In this document: positions 56,701 to 61,959 of the stretch, one piece after another
How positions within the stretch are numbered: position 1 is the first letter of the stretch
How the letters are laid out: each line of letters opens with the position of its first letter
Virus record (IMG/VR): IMGVR_UViG_3300017716_002569
Coordinates: 1-61,959 of that record
Reading direction: 5' to 3' (one strand)
DNA length: 61,959 nucleotides
Source of the DNA: a virus
Lineage: Duplodnaviria; Caudoviricetes
Notes under the pieces: generated by a model
The model's database searches: none
Told to the model about the DNA's origin: nothing
What the model saw: the letters and a program-made list of their open reading frames with translations, nothing else
Made by a program: the position numbers and the translations under genes

Positions 56701-58298
56701 ACGCTATCTATGAGTATTCAGATTATGTAATGAAGCAACCAGGTCAGGTGAGTAAAATTGAAATGCCTGGTTATAAATTAATGGGTAGGGGTTATGGAAA
56801 ACTTAGCGGTAAGTACCTTCGTAATGATATTGCACAGGATTTCTTAGATTTCTTTTACGCGAATGAGCAATTGAACAGAGCTTATGATTTCTTGAAAAAG
56901 TTTGACAGATGGACACCAAGGCAGTTCTATAAAAAGTTATTCACAGTTTGGAATCCTGGTGTGCATTTAGGAAACTTAACGAGCAACTATGTGTTTGCAT
57001 ATCTTTCAGGCATTAACGCTGGTAGATTAAGTGCTAATGTGCCAAAGGCTTTAAGTGAGATTAATAATTATGGTCCTATGTATAGGTACCTAATTTCAAA
57101 GGGAGTTATTAAATCTTCATTGAGCAAAACCGACCTTGTAAATTCAATCACTACTCTTGATAAATTAACCGCTGATGCTGTGGAGTCACAGAGCGTTTGG
57201 AGTAAAATGGCAGAGATTCCAGGTGAGGTTTATGCTGGTGTGGATGATATTTTCAAGATTGCAGCTTACATTAGTTTGCTTGAAGAGGGAATGGAACCAA
57301 AAATGGCCACAGATAGAGTTATGGAGGGATTTCAGAACTATAAACGTGTTGGAAAAACTTATGACTTTGCAAGTAAAATACCATTGATAGGAAAGCCTTT
57401 CGGCAAGTTTGCAGGTGACTTATTGCGCATATCTAAAAATGCAGTAATGACCAGACCACTACAAACAGCTACATTTATTGCAACTCTTCATTTCATTGCT
57501 TACATGGCTAGTAAAATGTCGGGTGAGGATGATATGGACAGAAGGATAAGAGCAAGCAGACCTGGTTTCCCTAAAATCCCAATGCCTGATTTTATGGGAG
57601 GTGATGTTGAGCTTGGTTATAAAATTGGAAACAATGAGCTTAACGTGGCAAGGCTTATCACTCCTTTGTTTATTTACTCAGGAGTTGATGATGGGGATGC
57701 TTACGATGCTTGGCAAAAGTTCAGTCCTCTTCCTTTGCAGGTTGATAATTGGACCAACCATCCTTCTGGCACAGGTACAGTTAACATTGCTAAAAACTTT
57801 GGTTCTGATCCTGTATTGTCTCCGATTCTCCAACTGTGGCTTAATGCTGACTTTAGAGGGGTGCCTATTTTTGACCCAGCTGAAAACAAATATGAGAAAA
57901 GCACATTGACCGATGATGAAAAATTATTTAATGCTCTTGGTTTTTTAGCTAGGTCTTATGGTGGTGCTGGATATTCTTTTCTTGATGATTTAGTTGCAGC
58001 CTCACAAGGCAAAGAAGATTACTATGGTAGGGAGAAAACCTCTGGTCAGGTAGTTCTTAGACTATTGGGCGTTAAGGTTGAGAAATTTCCAGATACCAAG
58101 TATGGTAAAATAATGCAGTCAAAATTAAAGTCATATAATTATCAGTCTGCCGATAACATAAAGGTTTTCAACAATATTCGCGAGCTTTATGCACTAGGTA
58201 AAATTGACTTAGAGACCTATAAAAAGCGCATGGTTCCAGTAATGGAAGAAGCAGTTAAGATAGAAAAGAATAAGAAAATTGATTTTGGTGAAAAATAA
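44748..58298 (+). CDS. giant polyvalent virion protein, DarB-like: HTH + N4/N6 MTase + N6-adenine MTase + SNF2 helicase
   Basis: HTH ~48870-49025. MTase 1: 'FLDPAY', 'TEKP', 'LDPFAGSG' ~49100-49680. MTase 2: 'MEPGAGIG', 'ANVPFG' ~50400-51400. SF2 motifs: 'AHEVGTGKT', 'VDEAH', 'ATGTP', 'QRNGRILRQG' ~52800-54700. ATG at 44751. Confidence 0.9.
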   Translation: MMPEEKDKIKLMYDAMSSSIELGTPQQFEEVLKDRTKRNLFYQTASQKFELGGENDFNNLVDSELKKKSLPGTESKDSSPKVGPLQSGLRSHQVNLWPQLDRPAPDAPKKPLTSIPWDELDVINEEKGEAPKFTPLPMGTFDPEKFKVKVQEGQPDAIDPNAGLGEKINKDVEKTTNIMNTYKSAIGNLESKINKDISSRDVLAKELKDLKAGFEEIGQPKTKEEAMALQGMYEEFNKKVGELEAIQQDAEKKYATYQTISKGYERRVKELDPLMRTLDPKESEYLPYWDKVGAPMLGAFLQSLPNQIIRTAGMASGGINNPQGWVEGINKANKIIEATGLSRLDDAAKEELLRSEKNAMKLRIREGTDLETLFKGDMESIKGNAGKIIDLAFKQAVASAPITVAALGATAFGGVGAGAALTFFGSAGAKYAGLKDRTDMSEVDKMLSSTGEGMLETAFEFLPDVFNAKIVLNSIKGMGKKQAAAQVKKSLTDSFFDAYGKFFPITAPIGEGVGEVFTGVGQRYTDTIFDPQYSNLSEAEKNKYIFGENYSKVKSEFSSGAAGATFFTAPQMVAETIKGIRDPKARVKVQEFFAKKQAVEKDIKEGNLTGTAAEVAAEELNNINGQISDIVKKNTEEGESITIDQKGAAEELNEQIDAIDNNILLNPNISPETVAALEAKKKDLEKQVKEITKPTALLTEMEALKIEEQNGETKPELKQPTEANGQKPENTGSDKAAGKKDSGNQGANERPEVGGSGLVMNRPIEDKIIELRAQEQLEKDATDPNDQEKLDEIYNRYDKLITPLLPKKEAPAPKQEAPAVEALKDVESTVKAISKLDEVVIDDLKSKNTLDNYDITEVEIPDDIESEMFWHEKLIEKALKDVGVKFSKQGSKSSGSTYYTLKLSDGESFKLRLADHKQKYDADGNVQYGEDTTPQELLEMLRDELPDGKIVKNTSIAEEYHKQKSYKNITNTELVKAVESLLSKEQAPTQETKDKPQQFGLELVKENQAIAAKGIEGKLFTDQESKEYQELIESKYNDTPKFGQESEDIRQNMWNYDNPLAEKDVNGVNVRIAEGLIEGEPYSGNRRKTYLLYADGKVVGKFYSKQDAKDVVKIIESNLVKQIGQDETDTTGESRSTETIIAESEAIEAEAADHKPGQSSKSILQKLEDQINSINAKVVKLTETWDEDQLPMDEQAGRQASKAAKKEVRKYAGEVAKLLGWTASKINDNIAPAGGDVSFDLQIPGTPLEMYVALKYDPDYNGRYENYRLTEFFYRVENPTLKGRDKYVGGNQWLKVHGRAEFYQKSITSIPTPKEFALILAKEAAPYIEKLAKQDPENTNMAQAQEAIRNIVDAVGLPKDNVIVTGVKPTQTDKVKEVLASSDEGKSIKEIAEATGIVEPNIRRILGVGTKAGKFERIGSGVYTLKGEDGKEAAYIEAGEAKETLARFAEEGRKFDMVFLDPAYFSRALIGGNRGIKEYSFIMPPDFEEVMNSISKMVGKDNHVYVMLSGADTAQKDMVKYVDGVVNAGFKLIGEGGYQKTFKDGSPVTNVRGEVAKPERLMLFTKSGNARAGEIPVNLNFRFIRPSVKTSYQTEKPKELLRALIQQSTFEGESILDPFAGSGVTGEQAVETGRKPTLVEKNPDVVDNIIVPRVEGAIKKELSKVDQEIADELEALRKMMNNLGSGVNPEHLAQAVKITGLFIKKGVLKFADIMQQATELMGAGIRDIFPAMKQGYLAYMGTAEDIEGMSEIKEVRNFDIELIINKAENEQDNSTLPNGDGRNPSELDAGIPATGVIEEVQGGNFEGVFKPNGQPSGESDGADGKGGKVRGGRTRDSKSDNPSNATGGNSGTTTGKGSKGNNGSLRNVNNFRISESDVIVQKGEMDRIKSNISAIRLAKAITAENRLATESEKKVLAKFVGWGGLATVLDESKFGKYYEQAWNDKYGKLHEEIKQILTPEEFNDAVNSTINAHYTDKSVIEAMWSLAEKFGFKGGNIMEPGAGIGHFIGLMPQNISDNSLVTAYELDSLTGLILSKLYPDAATRITGYENSVEANNSQDLIIANVPFGRTAPYDKNNQDLSKFNLHNYFIAKGIRQLKPGGIGMFITSSSSMDNAGNGIKFREWTQNEGNSDFIGAIRLPNNAFDKNAGTQVTTDIMIYRKRATAQASELNQPYRYVLPLREAKNSEGKPTTIDINEYYINNPEMMLGEMFLASESGKGGLYNADAQTLMAPAGQKTIELLNERIKLFPENIFGAEASTVQQETIASSLEDKDGTIIEKDNALYYVENGKLVTPTWTYQDYKGINPETGGGKTYKKGEVAKNYLEIKAAVRELINLEQQKNVDEDLIEEKRTLLNAKYDKFVNRFGEFSRNRKIEFLEDDSEHTAVFALEDVKKNVSFDINGNVTRTFTIEKSPIFFKRVNFPVEEPASAENISDAVNISISYRNRIDIPFISNLVGLTENEVKSELLSTGEAFENPDTGLLEDRNEYLSGFVRTKLKQAIAASETNPEYQDNVKALEEVVPKDMPAQLIEFKLGSTWLPPHFIKDFIKETVGVSTVIEYSKISGRWNLNGSSNTSDPRNQVTFATKDFSAVELIMKALNLTQPEVSYTVKNPDGSKSTVKDIEKTMEAQAKMQELVDMFYNYLKSDKEKMKEVEVIFNDIYRDFIEKKYTLPSFQYYPGASRDIKLNVHQRKGVVRATRDSVLLAHEVGTGKTFTIITTAMEWRRLGIAKKPMIVVQNATLEQFARDFKKLYPSANILYPTKKEMEAKYRQTLFNKIAYGDWDSVIIPQSFLDFIPDDEARERAYLQEQIDEVEEALNDAIDSQDRGAMSELKRIAKSLDEKMEEIGKPKRKVKDKAKANLSATKTFLRQADRRKDDVLNFEQMGIDALVVDEAHNYKKLGFVSKMSRIKGIDVGRSKRAFGLFMKVRWIQEKNNGRNIVFATGTPITNTMAEAWTMMKFVAPEIIEKYNIRTFDEFASTFGVVEPSLEFGPTGKFKVVERFKSYMNAPELLTAFRSKTDVVLTEDIPEFKESNSIPKLKIQPDGKAGYTTIYLDQTDQLKSTMGVFKKTLEDWEKLTGKEKRKLSYLPLLIFNRAKQAAIDLRLIDPAAADDPGSKTNAVVKEVKRIYDATSDYKGTQLVFSDMYQSPEAKEKFLDEDGTIPNPAYGLPRFNLYNEIKDKLVKLGIPENEIAVVNDYEGDKKTYIFDQVKAGNIRVLLGSTERMGVGVNVQDKLAALHHIDAPPRPMDFAQRNGRILRQGNSHAEMGKPVEILTYGVKKTLDATAYQRLQFKQKFINQMMKAEGVDRIMADEADEDNPSDMAFSQMMSTLSGSQYAILHTQRMYELRKLRTAKSNYERRLVELNDTIKNSEKIIDSLEIQKANYVPFIEEINKYFPEGKVTSVTVNEVTVSENMGDAVESVVDKIKTKLKVSPSGTNVEDQIEVNGRPLVIYGTLYVAMNGIPTAYIKYTMGGENTSSQFSGEVNSGVGLMMSIGSKVKAATDKERVKEEVESFDRRITRAKDTITASQELLVKPFEKADELVRKEAEVIDLEEKMKNESSEEETTGGGEVKEEEVPQPKGLADRGISALERMKINTNNNMFGMLPPFALAIPIWNTTVSLMQDAIRAGKLAYDVINTGLEYIRNQGVAFPYEAEFTEYFQSILIGPPNGDPYTTEDIENEKQAVAAQLKDKYTDIEKTIFGTATSKDSDMEDMQTMASGMLGLINRAQDATLVNAKNYMGDKLANLYAKKAISDKKLVRNIAGSLNGLFANLSKTVDQQIRGEAYAGDIQRAISDANQISKWLRAAIGNSAESLHRIDQVLDPEFYNKLSLERFKSYLKDEIGEEDYNAIPEEQFPDWYAQYLLDIGYNEGYKPVTLDELTPAELEVYTVLRNINNYLHDLNFLNGKVTYSTYMKNKGKYVARLYSKFELPQDANDMITNQNREHTNMFLKRGEITEWKVSNRLSDPIYATTKRLYQSLMNNAIYEYSDYVMKQPGQVSKIEMPGYKLMGRGYGKLSGKYLRNDIAQDFLDFFYANEQLNRAYDFLKKFDRWTPRQFYKKLFTVWNPGVHLGNLTSNYVFAYLSGINAGRLSANVPKALSEINNYGPMYRYLISKGVIKSSLSKTDLVNSITTLDKLTADAVESQSVWSKMAEIPGEVYAGVDDIFKIAAYISLLEEGMEPKMATDRVMEGFQNYKRVGKTYDFASKIPLIGKPFGKFAGDLLRISKNAVMTRPLQTATFIATLHFIAYMASKMSGEDDMDRRIRASRPGFPKIPMPDFMGGDVELGYKIGNNELNVARLITPLFIYSGVDDGDAYDAWQKFSPLPLQVDNWTNHPSGTGTVNIAKNFGSDPVLSPILQLWLNADFRGVPIFDPAENKYEKSTLTDDEKLFNALGFLARSYGGAGYSFLDDLVAASQGKEDYYGREKTSGQVVLRLLGVKVEKFPDTKYGKIMQSKLKSYNYQSADNIKVFNNIRELYALGKIDLETYKKRMVPVMEEAVKIEKNKKIDFGEK
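46876..47007 (+). CDS. candidate nested +1-frame ORF (43 aa)
   Basis: MEKPNQNLNNPQKLTDKSLRTQEAIKQLEKKIAEIKERMKGQK*; lies in a low-complexity linker; A-rich leader. Confidence 0.4.
   Translation: MEKPNQNLNNPQKLTDKSLRTQEAIKQLEKKIAEIKERMKGQK
48124..48249 (+). CDS. candidate nested +1-frame ORF (41 aa)
   Basis: MKPTPQEKAEVQKLLSQKAKLLKQKQRIINQDKAQNQSSKN*; lies in a linker. Confidence 0.35.
   Translation: MKPTPQEKAEVQKLLSQKAKLLKQKQRIINQDKAQNQSSKN
50053..50352 (+). CDS. nested +1-frame ORF (99 aa), TnpV-like helical protein
   Basis: Protein-like sequence 'GEIHLNWMLEYQPQELLKKYKEGTLKEYLNQMVNQA'; leader TTAATAATTAATAAAGCAGAAAATG; the host frame here is G/N/S-rich linker. Confidence 0.6.
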   Translation: MSKTIQPYQTEMGEIHLNWMLEYQPQELLKKYKEGTLKEYLNQMVNQAEKVMEQMEKEGRLEVEGQEIVNQTILATPQEETAEPLPEKVVKEIMDHLEM

Positions 58299-58333
58299 TT
58301 TGCAAATTAAATCCAAAATAATATATAAATTTG
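58298..58333 (+). promoter_or_regulatory. Bacteroidota-type promoter
   Basis: TTTG near 58299 and TAAATTTG at 58326-58333. Confidence 0.55.
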
Positions 58334-58401
58334 TAAGAGAGTATTATAGAGTATATGAAGAGTAGTTTAATTTTAAATCAAAATTTAATCTTTATAATAT
58401 C

Positions 58402-59136
58402 ATGGCAACAAGTATCGCTTATTTGTATGTTCTTGCTAAAAATGACCGCAAGTTCTACGCTGCTCCTGCAGCACAATCTTCATTAGCTGGAACTTTACCG
58501 GCTACTAATGCTTATCAAATTTTCAACATGAAACGTATCGTTGCTTATAAGGCAAGTGGTTCAAACTGCTTGATTACTTATAAAAACGAAGCTGCTGCTG
58601 TTGATCAATATTTGGTAAATGAATCATACGCCACAGTTAAAGGACTTGCTGCTATTGCAGCTGTTGAATTTGCTGAGGTATCTGTGACAAATATTAATGG
58701 TGTGGAATTAGCTACCGCACAAACTCAAACTATCAGTTCTGAGGAAATTATTTCAGCTGTTTCTACTGCTCTTACCGCAACATCAAGAGGTGCTGGCGCA
58801 GGAACATTAAATTCTACCACTGACTTTTTAAGTTTTGGTGCTGCGGCTCCTGCAGTTGGTACCAGATTTAGAATTACCGCTGGAACCCTTACAGGAAATG
58901 GCTTAACTGCCAACACTGACTATTGGGTACAAGCTGTATCTGGAAATGACTTTAAGGCTGCAGCTACTTTAGGTGGTGCTGCTATTGACCTTACAGGTAC
59001 TAATAGAAGTAACCTTACTTTTGCTGTTTACTTAGATGGTTCTACCATTACAATTCAACAACAAGATGGTTTTGTACCACAGAAAATAAAAGTTACTGTG
59101 CCTCTTGGCGTATTAGCTACTGCATTAAACGCATAA
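58402..59136 (+). CDS. structural protein (head/tail fibre or decoration-like)
   Basis: A/T/G-rich; 'GLTANTDYWVQAVSGNDFKAAATLGGAAIDLT' module; own promoter and terminator. Confidence 0.6.
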   Translation: MATSIAYLYVLAKNDRKFYAAPAAQSSLAGTLPATNAYQIFNMKRIVAYKASGSNCLITYKNEAAAVDQYLVNESYATVKGLAAIAAVEFAEVSVTNINGVELATAQTQTISSEEIISAVSTALTATSRGAGAGTLNSTTDFLSFGAAAPAVGTRFRITAGTLTGNGLTANTDYWVQAVSGNDFKAAATLGGAAIDLTGTNRSNLTFAVYLDGSTITIQQQDGFVPQKIKVTVPLGVLATALNA

Positions 59137-59140
59137 TTTT

Positions 59141-59176
59141 TAGGAGCCCATAGTAAACTGTGGGCTCCTATTTTTT
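59141..59176 (+). terminator. intrinsic terminator
   Basis: TAGGAGCCCATAG-TAAA-CTGTGGGCTCCTA-TTTTTT. Confidence 0.9.
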
Positions 59177-59196
59177 CATTATTAAAACTAAGTGTT

Positions 59197-59916
59197 ATGT
59201 CATTTCAAGCTGAAAGTTATATCCAATCAACACCAAATTACAATATTATTGTTGGTAAATTCTGTTACCCTTTGCCTTTTGCACCAGGAGGAACTATTTC
59301 ACGGGTTGCTAGTAGGCCAAAACCGTTAATTGTTGGTACCGATGTATCAATTACAGTAGATGGTGTTGATTTTAATATAACATCATTAACTGGTGATCAC
59401 TTTCTTAATTTTGGTGTTAATCCTGGTGATGTAATTGTATTTAACACACCACAAGTTAGTGGGCAATATGCTGTATCATCGGTAACTTCTGCCACAGTAA
59501 TAAAAGTTAATGGTCCTGCAGTAGCAATTACAAGTGGAACAATATACTTTCAATCCAAGCCACAGCCAATAGAAGGTGGAAATGGAGCTAATTTTAATAA
59601 AGCAAAAAGAGGTGATTATTTAGTGGTAATGAGCGATTCATTAACACCAACAGTACAAGTAGCAAAAATATCTGAGGTAACAGATGCAACACATTTAACA
59701 GTTATAGGTGGTTTTGTTGGTGATATAGACGATTTACCATTTATGATATGTCGCAATCAATTATTGGGAGTATCAATAAATTGTGTTGGAGGTGGAGTTG
59801 TAATGGGCCAAAATGTTGATGCAGGAGATGTTTTAACATTTTATCAAGATTCTGGGCTAGAACCTGTTTACGGAGATAGCGGAACAAGCGAATTTAAAAT
59901 TTTAATTCAAAAATAA
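59197..59916 (+). CDS. structural / tail-associated protein
   Basis: Beta-rich, V/G/T-rich 239-aa ORF. Confidence 0.55.
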   Translation: MSFQAESYIQSTPNYNIIVGKFCYPLPFAPGGTISRVASRPKPLIVGTDVSITVDGVDFNITSLTGDHFLNFGVNPGDVIVFNTPQVSGQYAVSSVTSATVIKVNGPAVAITSGTIYFQSKPQPIEGGNGANFNKAKRGDYLVVMSDSLTPTVQVAKISEVTDATHLTVIGGFVGDIDDLPFMICRNQLLGVSINCVGGGVVMGQNVDAGDVLTFYQDSGLEPVYGDSGTSEFKILIQK

Positions 59917-60263
59917 TGTTTGGCTTTAATAGCAATAACAGACAATTTGGATGGTATGTCAATGTAAGTTCTGGCAAGCCTAAATGCATAATTGCACCTA
60001 GAATTAGCGGTCCCACTAGTTTAAATAGTACGCTATTTTGCAATACAGGCACTTGGATAGGCGACCCAAATGAGTTTGTTTTCACCTATCAATGGAACCG
60101 AAATGGTGTTCCTATTGTAGGGGCAACAAACAACACTTATGTAACTGTGCTAGCAGATAGCTTGGCAAATATAACATGTACGGTTACTGCAAGTAATTGT
60201 CATGTATATATGTTAGACTTCAGCAAACCAAAAAATTCAGGATATTATACTTTCTTTACTTAA
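59916..60263 (+). CDS. Ig-like domain protein
   Basis: 'FTYQWNRNGVPIVGATNNTY...ITCTVTASN' motif. Confidence 0.7.
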   Translation: MFGFNSNNRQFGWYVNVSSGKPKCIIAPRISGPTSLNSTLFCNTGTWIGDPNEFVFTYQWNRNGVPIVGATNNTYVTVLADSLANITCTVTASNCHVYMLDFSKPKNSGYYTFFT

Positions 60264-60277
60264 AAAAATACAACAAA

Positions 60278-61804
60278 ATGGGAAATAATGTACAATTAAA
60301 AGATGCGAATAGCGTAACTTTTACAACCAAAACCACAGAAACAACAGGGGTACATACACCTCACTATAACGTAGATGCTTTACCTGTTGCATTTAATGCA
60401 GGAGCTTCTAGTGCAACTACTCAAAGAACAGTTTCAGCATCAGACGACCCAGGAGTAGTTCAGCTACAAAATATAAGCACAGATTTAGGCGCACCTGATG
60501 ATGCAGCAGCTTCAAGTGATACAGGTATTTTTGGTATCATTGCTTTCATTAAAAGAGCGATGCAAAATTGGACATCATTGCTTAATAGAATACCAACTTT
60601 GGGTAATAAAACTGCTGCTAATAGCCTTGCAATTACACTATCGGTTGAAACTGCAAGTGGTACTATTACAACACAAAACTTAGTACCTAATGGAGCAGCA
60701 ACTGCTGGAAGTGCAGTTGAAATTACACTGTTTGGTATGAGCACTCTAGCCATTCAGGTTACAGGAACTTACACAGGTGCGCTCAGTATTCAAGTTACCA
60801 ACGATGATGTTCGTTGGGAAACTATTACTGCTGCATCAATGTTAAATGCAATAACAGGTGTACCAATTGCTACAATTCCATCAGCAGCTATTGGAGTATT
60901 TCAAATTGATTTAAGTGGTTTTCTCAAAGCAAGGATAACAGGACTTGCAGCAATGACTGGTACTGCAACTATAACATTAAGAGCAGTTAGTGGAACAGCA
61001 CTTGTAACTATTGACAATCCATTGCCAACAGGAGCTAATACAATTGGCGGTGTAAACGTTATAACAGGCCAAACTGCTCATAGTTCAGCGGTTACAGGTA
61101 ATCCTGTTAGAGTTGGTGGTAAGGTTGTACCAACCACAATAGCTACACAGGATGCTACATTAATTGCAGGCGATGCTGCGGATGCACCTATTTCTACAGG
61201 TGGGCAATCAATTGTAAAACAAAATGCAACTGCGGAATTGGATTTCAATTTTAACTTTTCTTGTTTGGCATCAGTAGTTACAGTTCAACAACTAATACCT
61301 GCAAGCGGAACTGCATCAATAAGAAACTATTTAGCTAATTTGAAATTAGCAACAGATACGCTTGGTGCAGGTGGAGTAGCTTGGATATTAGATGGTGCTT
61401 TAACTGTTTCGTCAATAGCAACAGGAACAGGCTTATGCACTACATCGCCAGCGCACGATTTAAAGATTGGTGATTCAATAGTGTTTACTGCCTTAACAGG
61501 AGGCACAGGGGTATCAGCTAACACAGTGTATTATGTTACTTCGGTAGGCTCTACAACTACTTTTAACTTTGCATTAACTATTGGAGGTGCAAATGTAGTG
61601 CCTTCGGCAGCAGCAACAGCAGGAACTTGTTATAGAATTTTGTATCAGCAACATTTCAGAACAACAGGAGTAGCGTCACCAACAGTGATATATTTTCCTC
61701 AACCATTGAGAAGTAATGGTAACGCAGCGATGAGCTTGCTCATTCCTGTGTCAATGACAAGCGGAACTATCTATATTTCATCATCAGGTTATAGAGGGTT
61801 CTAA
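60278..61804 (+). CDS. tail fibre / spike-like protein
   Basis: T/A/G-rich; 'HDLKIGDSIVFT...GVSANTVYYV' module shared with 58402; ATG at 60278. Confidence 0.6.
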   Translation: MGNNVQLKDANSVTFTTKTTETTGVHTPHYNVDALPVAFNAGASSATTQRTVSASDDPGVVQLQNISTDLGAPDDAAASSDTGIFGIIAFIKRAMQNWTSLLNRIPTLGNKTAANSLAITLSVETASGTITTQNLVPNGAATAGSAVEITLFGMSTLAIQVTGTYTGALSIQVTNDDVRWETITAASMLNAITGVPIATIPSAAIGVFQIDLSGFLKARITGLAAMTGTATITLRAVSGTALVTIDNPLPTGANTIGGVNVITGQTAHSSAVTGNPVRVGGKVVPTTIATQDATLIAGDAADAPISTGGQSIVKQNATAELDFNFNFSCLASVVTVQQLIPASGTASIRNYLANLKLATDTLGAGGVAWILDGALTVSSIATGTGLCTTSPAHDLKIGDSIVFTALTGGTGVSANTVYYVTSVGSTTTFNFALTIGGANVVPSAAATAGTCYRILYQQHFRTTGVASPTVIYFPQPLRSNGNAAMSLLIPVSMTSGTIYISSSGYRGF

Positions 61805-61806
61805 TT

Positions 61807-61959
61807 ATGAGTTGCACGACAAGCGCAATAAGCAATACCTTGACGATGCTTAATTATTCATTAGGCACACAAATGGCACAAGCACATTACAATAGAGTAA
61901 TTGCTGATGGTGGAGTTGTGCCTGCTGGTGTTATATCTTTGGCAGCAGCTATTGATTTA
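61807..61959 (+). CDS. partial ORF running off the window (structural region)
   Basis: ATG at 61807, open to the end of the window. Confidence 0.4.
   Translation, partial: MSCTTSAISNTLTMLNYSLGTQMAQAHYNRVIADGGVVPAGVISLAAAIDL

Noticed and set aside
1-61959. Stop-codon reassignment, as seen in some crAss-like phages
   Set aside because: Long genes are intact under the standard code, and TAA, TAG and TGA all end ORFs at sensible gene boundaries.
58402-61959. Diversity-generating retroelement target or template repeats in tail genes
   Set aside because: No reverse transcriptase and no adenine-variable repeat pair seen in the window.

Overview
A 62-kb, AT-rich segment of a tailed dsDNA phage that probably infects Bacteroidota (TAnnTTTG promoters, DUF3127-like SSB, AT-rich leaders without Shine-Dalgarno sequences). 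Layout: (1) 1-6.7 kb rightward recombination genes (YqaJ exonuclease, RecT, Vsr/DUF559-like nuclease). (2) 6.8-16.2 kb leftward block of small accessory genes (C5 methyltransferase, LPD29 protein, RadC/JAB protein). (3) 16.3-17.9 kb control region with a dif-like Xer site, a divergent promoter, an HTH gene and tRNA-like RNAs. (4) 18-24 kb replication genes (initiator with iterons, DnaB, PAPS reductase, two GroES-like genes). (5) 24-62 kb crAss-like/podoviral virion module ending in a 4516-aa DarB-like methyltransferase/SNF2 protein and tail genes. Main finding: the leftward operon contains five self-cleaving ribozymes that can be folded by hand (three P3-type twisters, two type I hammerheads). 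Each is predicted to cut 16-34 nt upstream of a start codon. Six leaders share an AYACGAC motif next to the ATG, and the loop of the operon's terminator hairpin is complementary to that motif. This suggests an RNA-based processing and translation-control system. Other notable points are a strongly over-represented CCACRG hexamer and three small +1-frame ORFs nested in linkers of the giant protein. All calls come from reading the sequence by eye; no searches were run.
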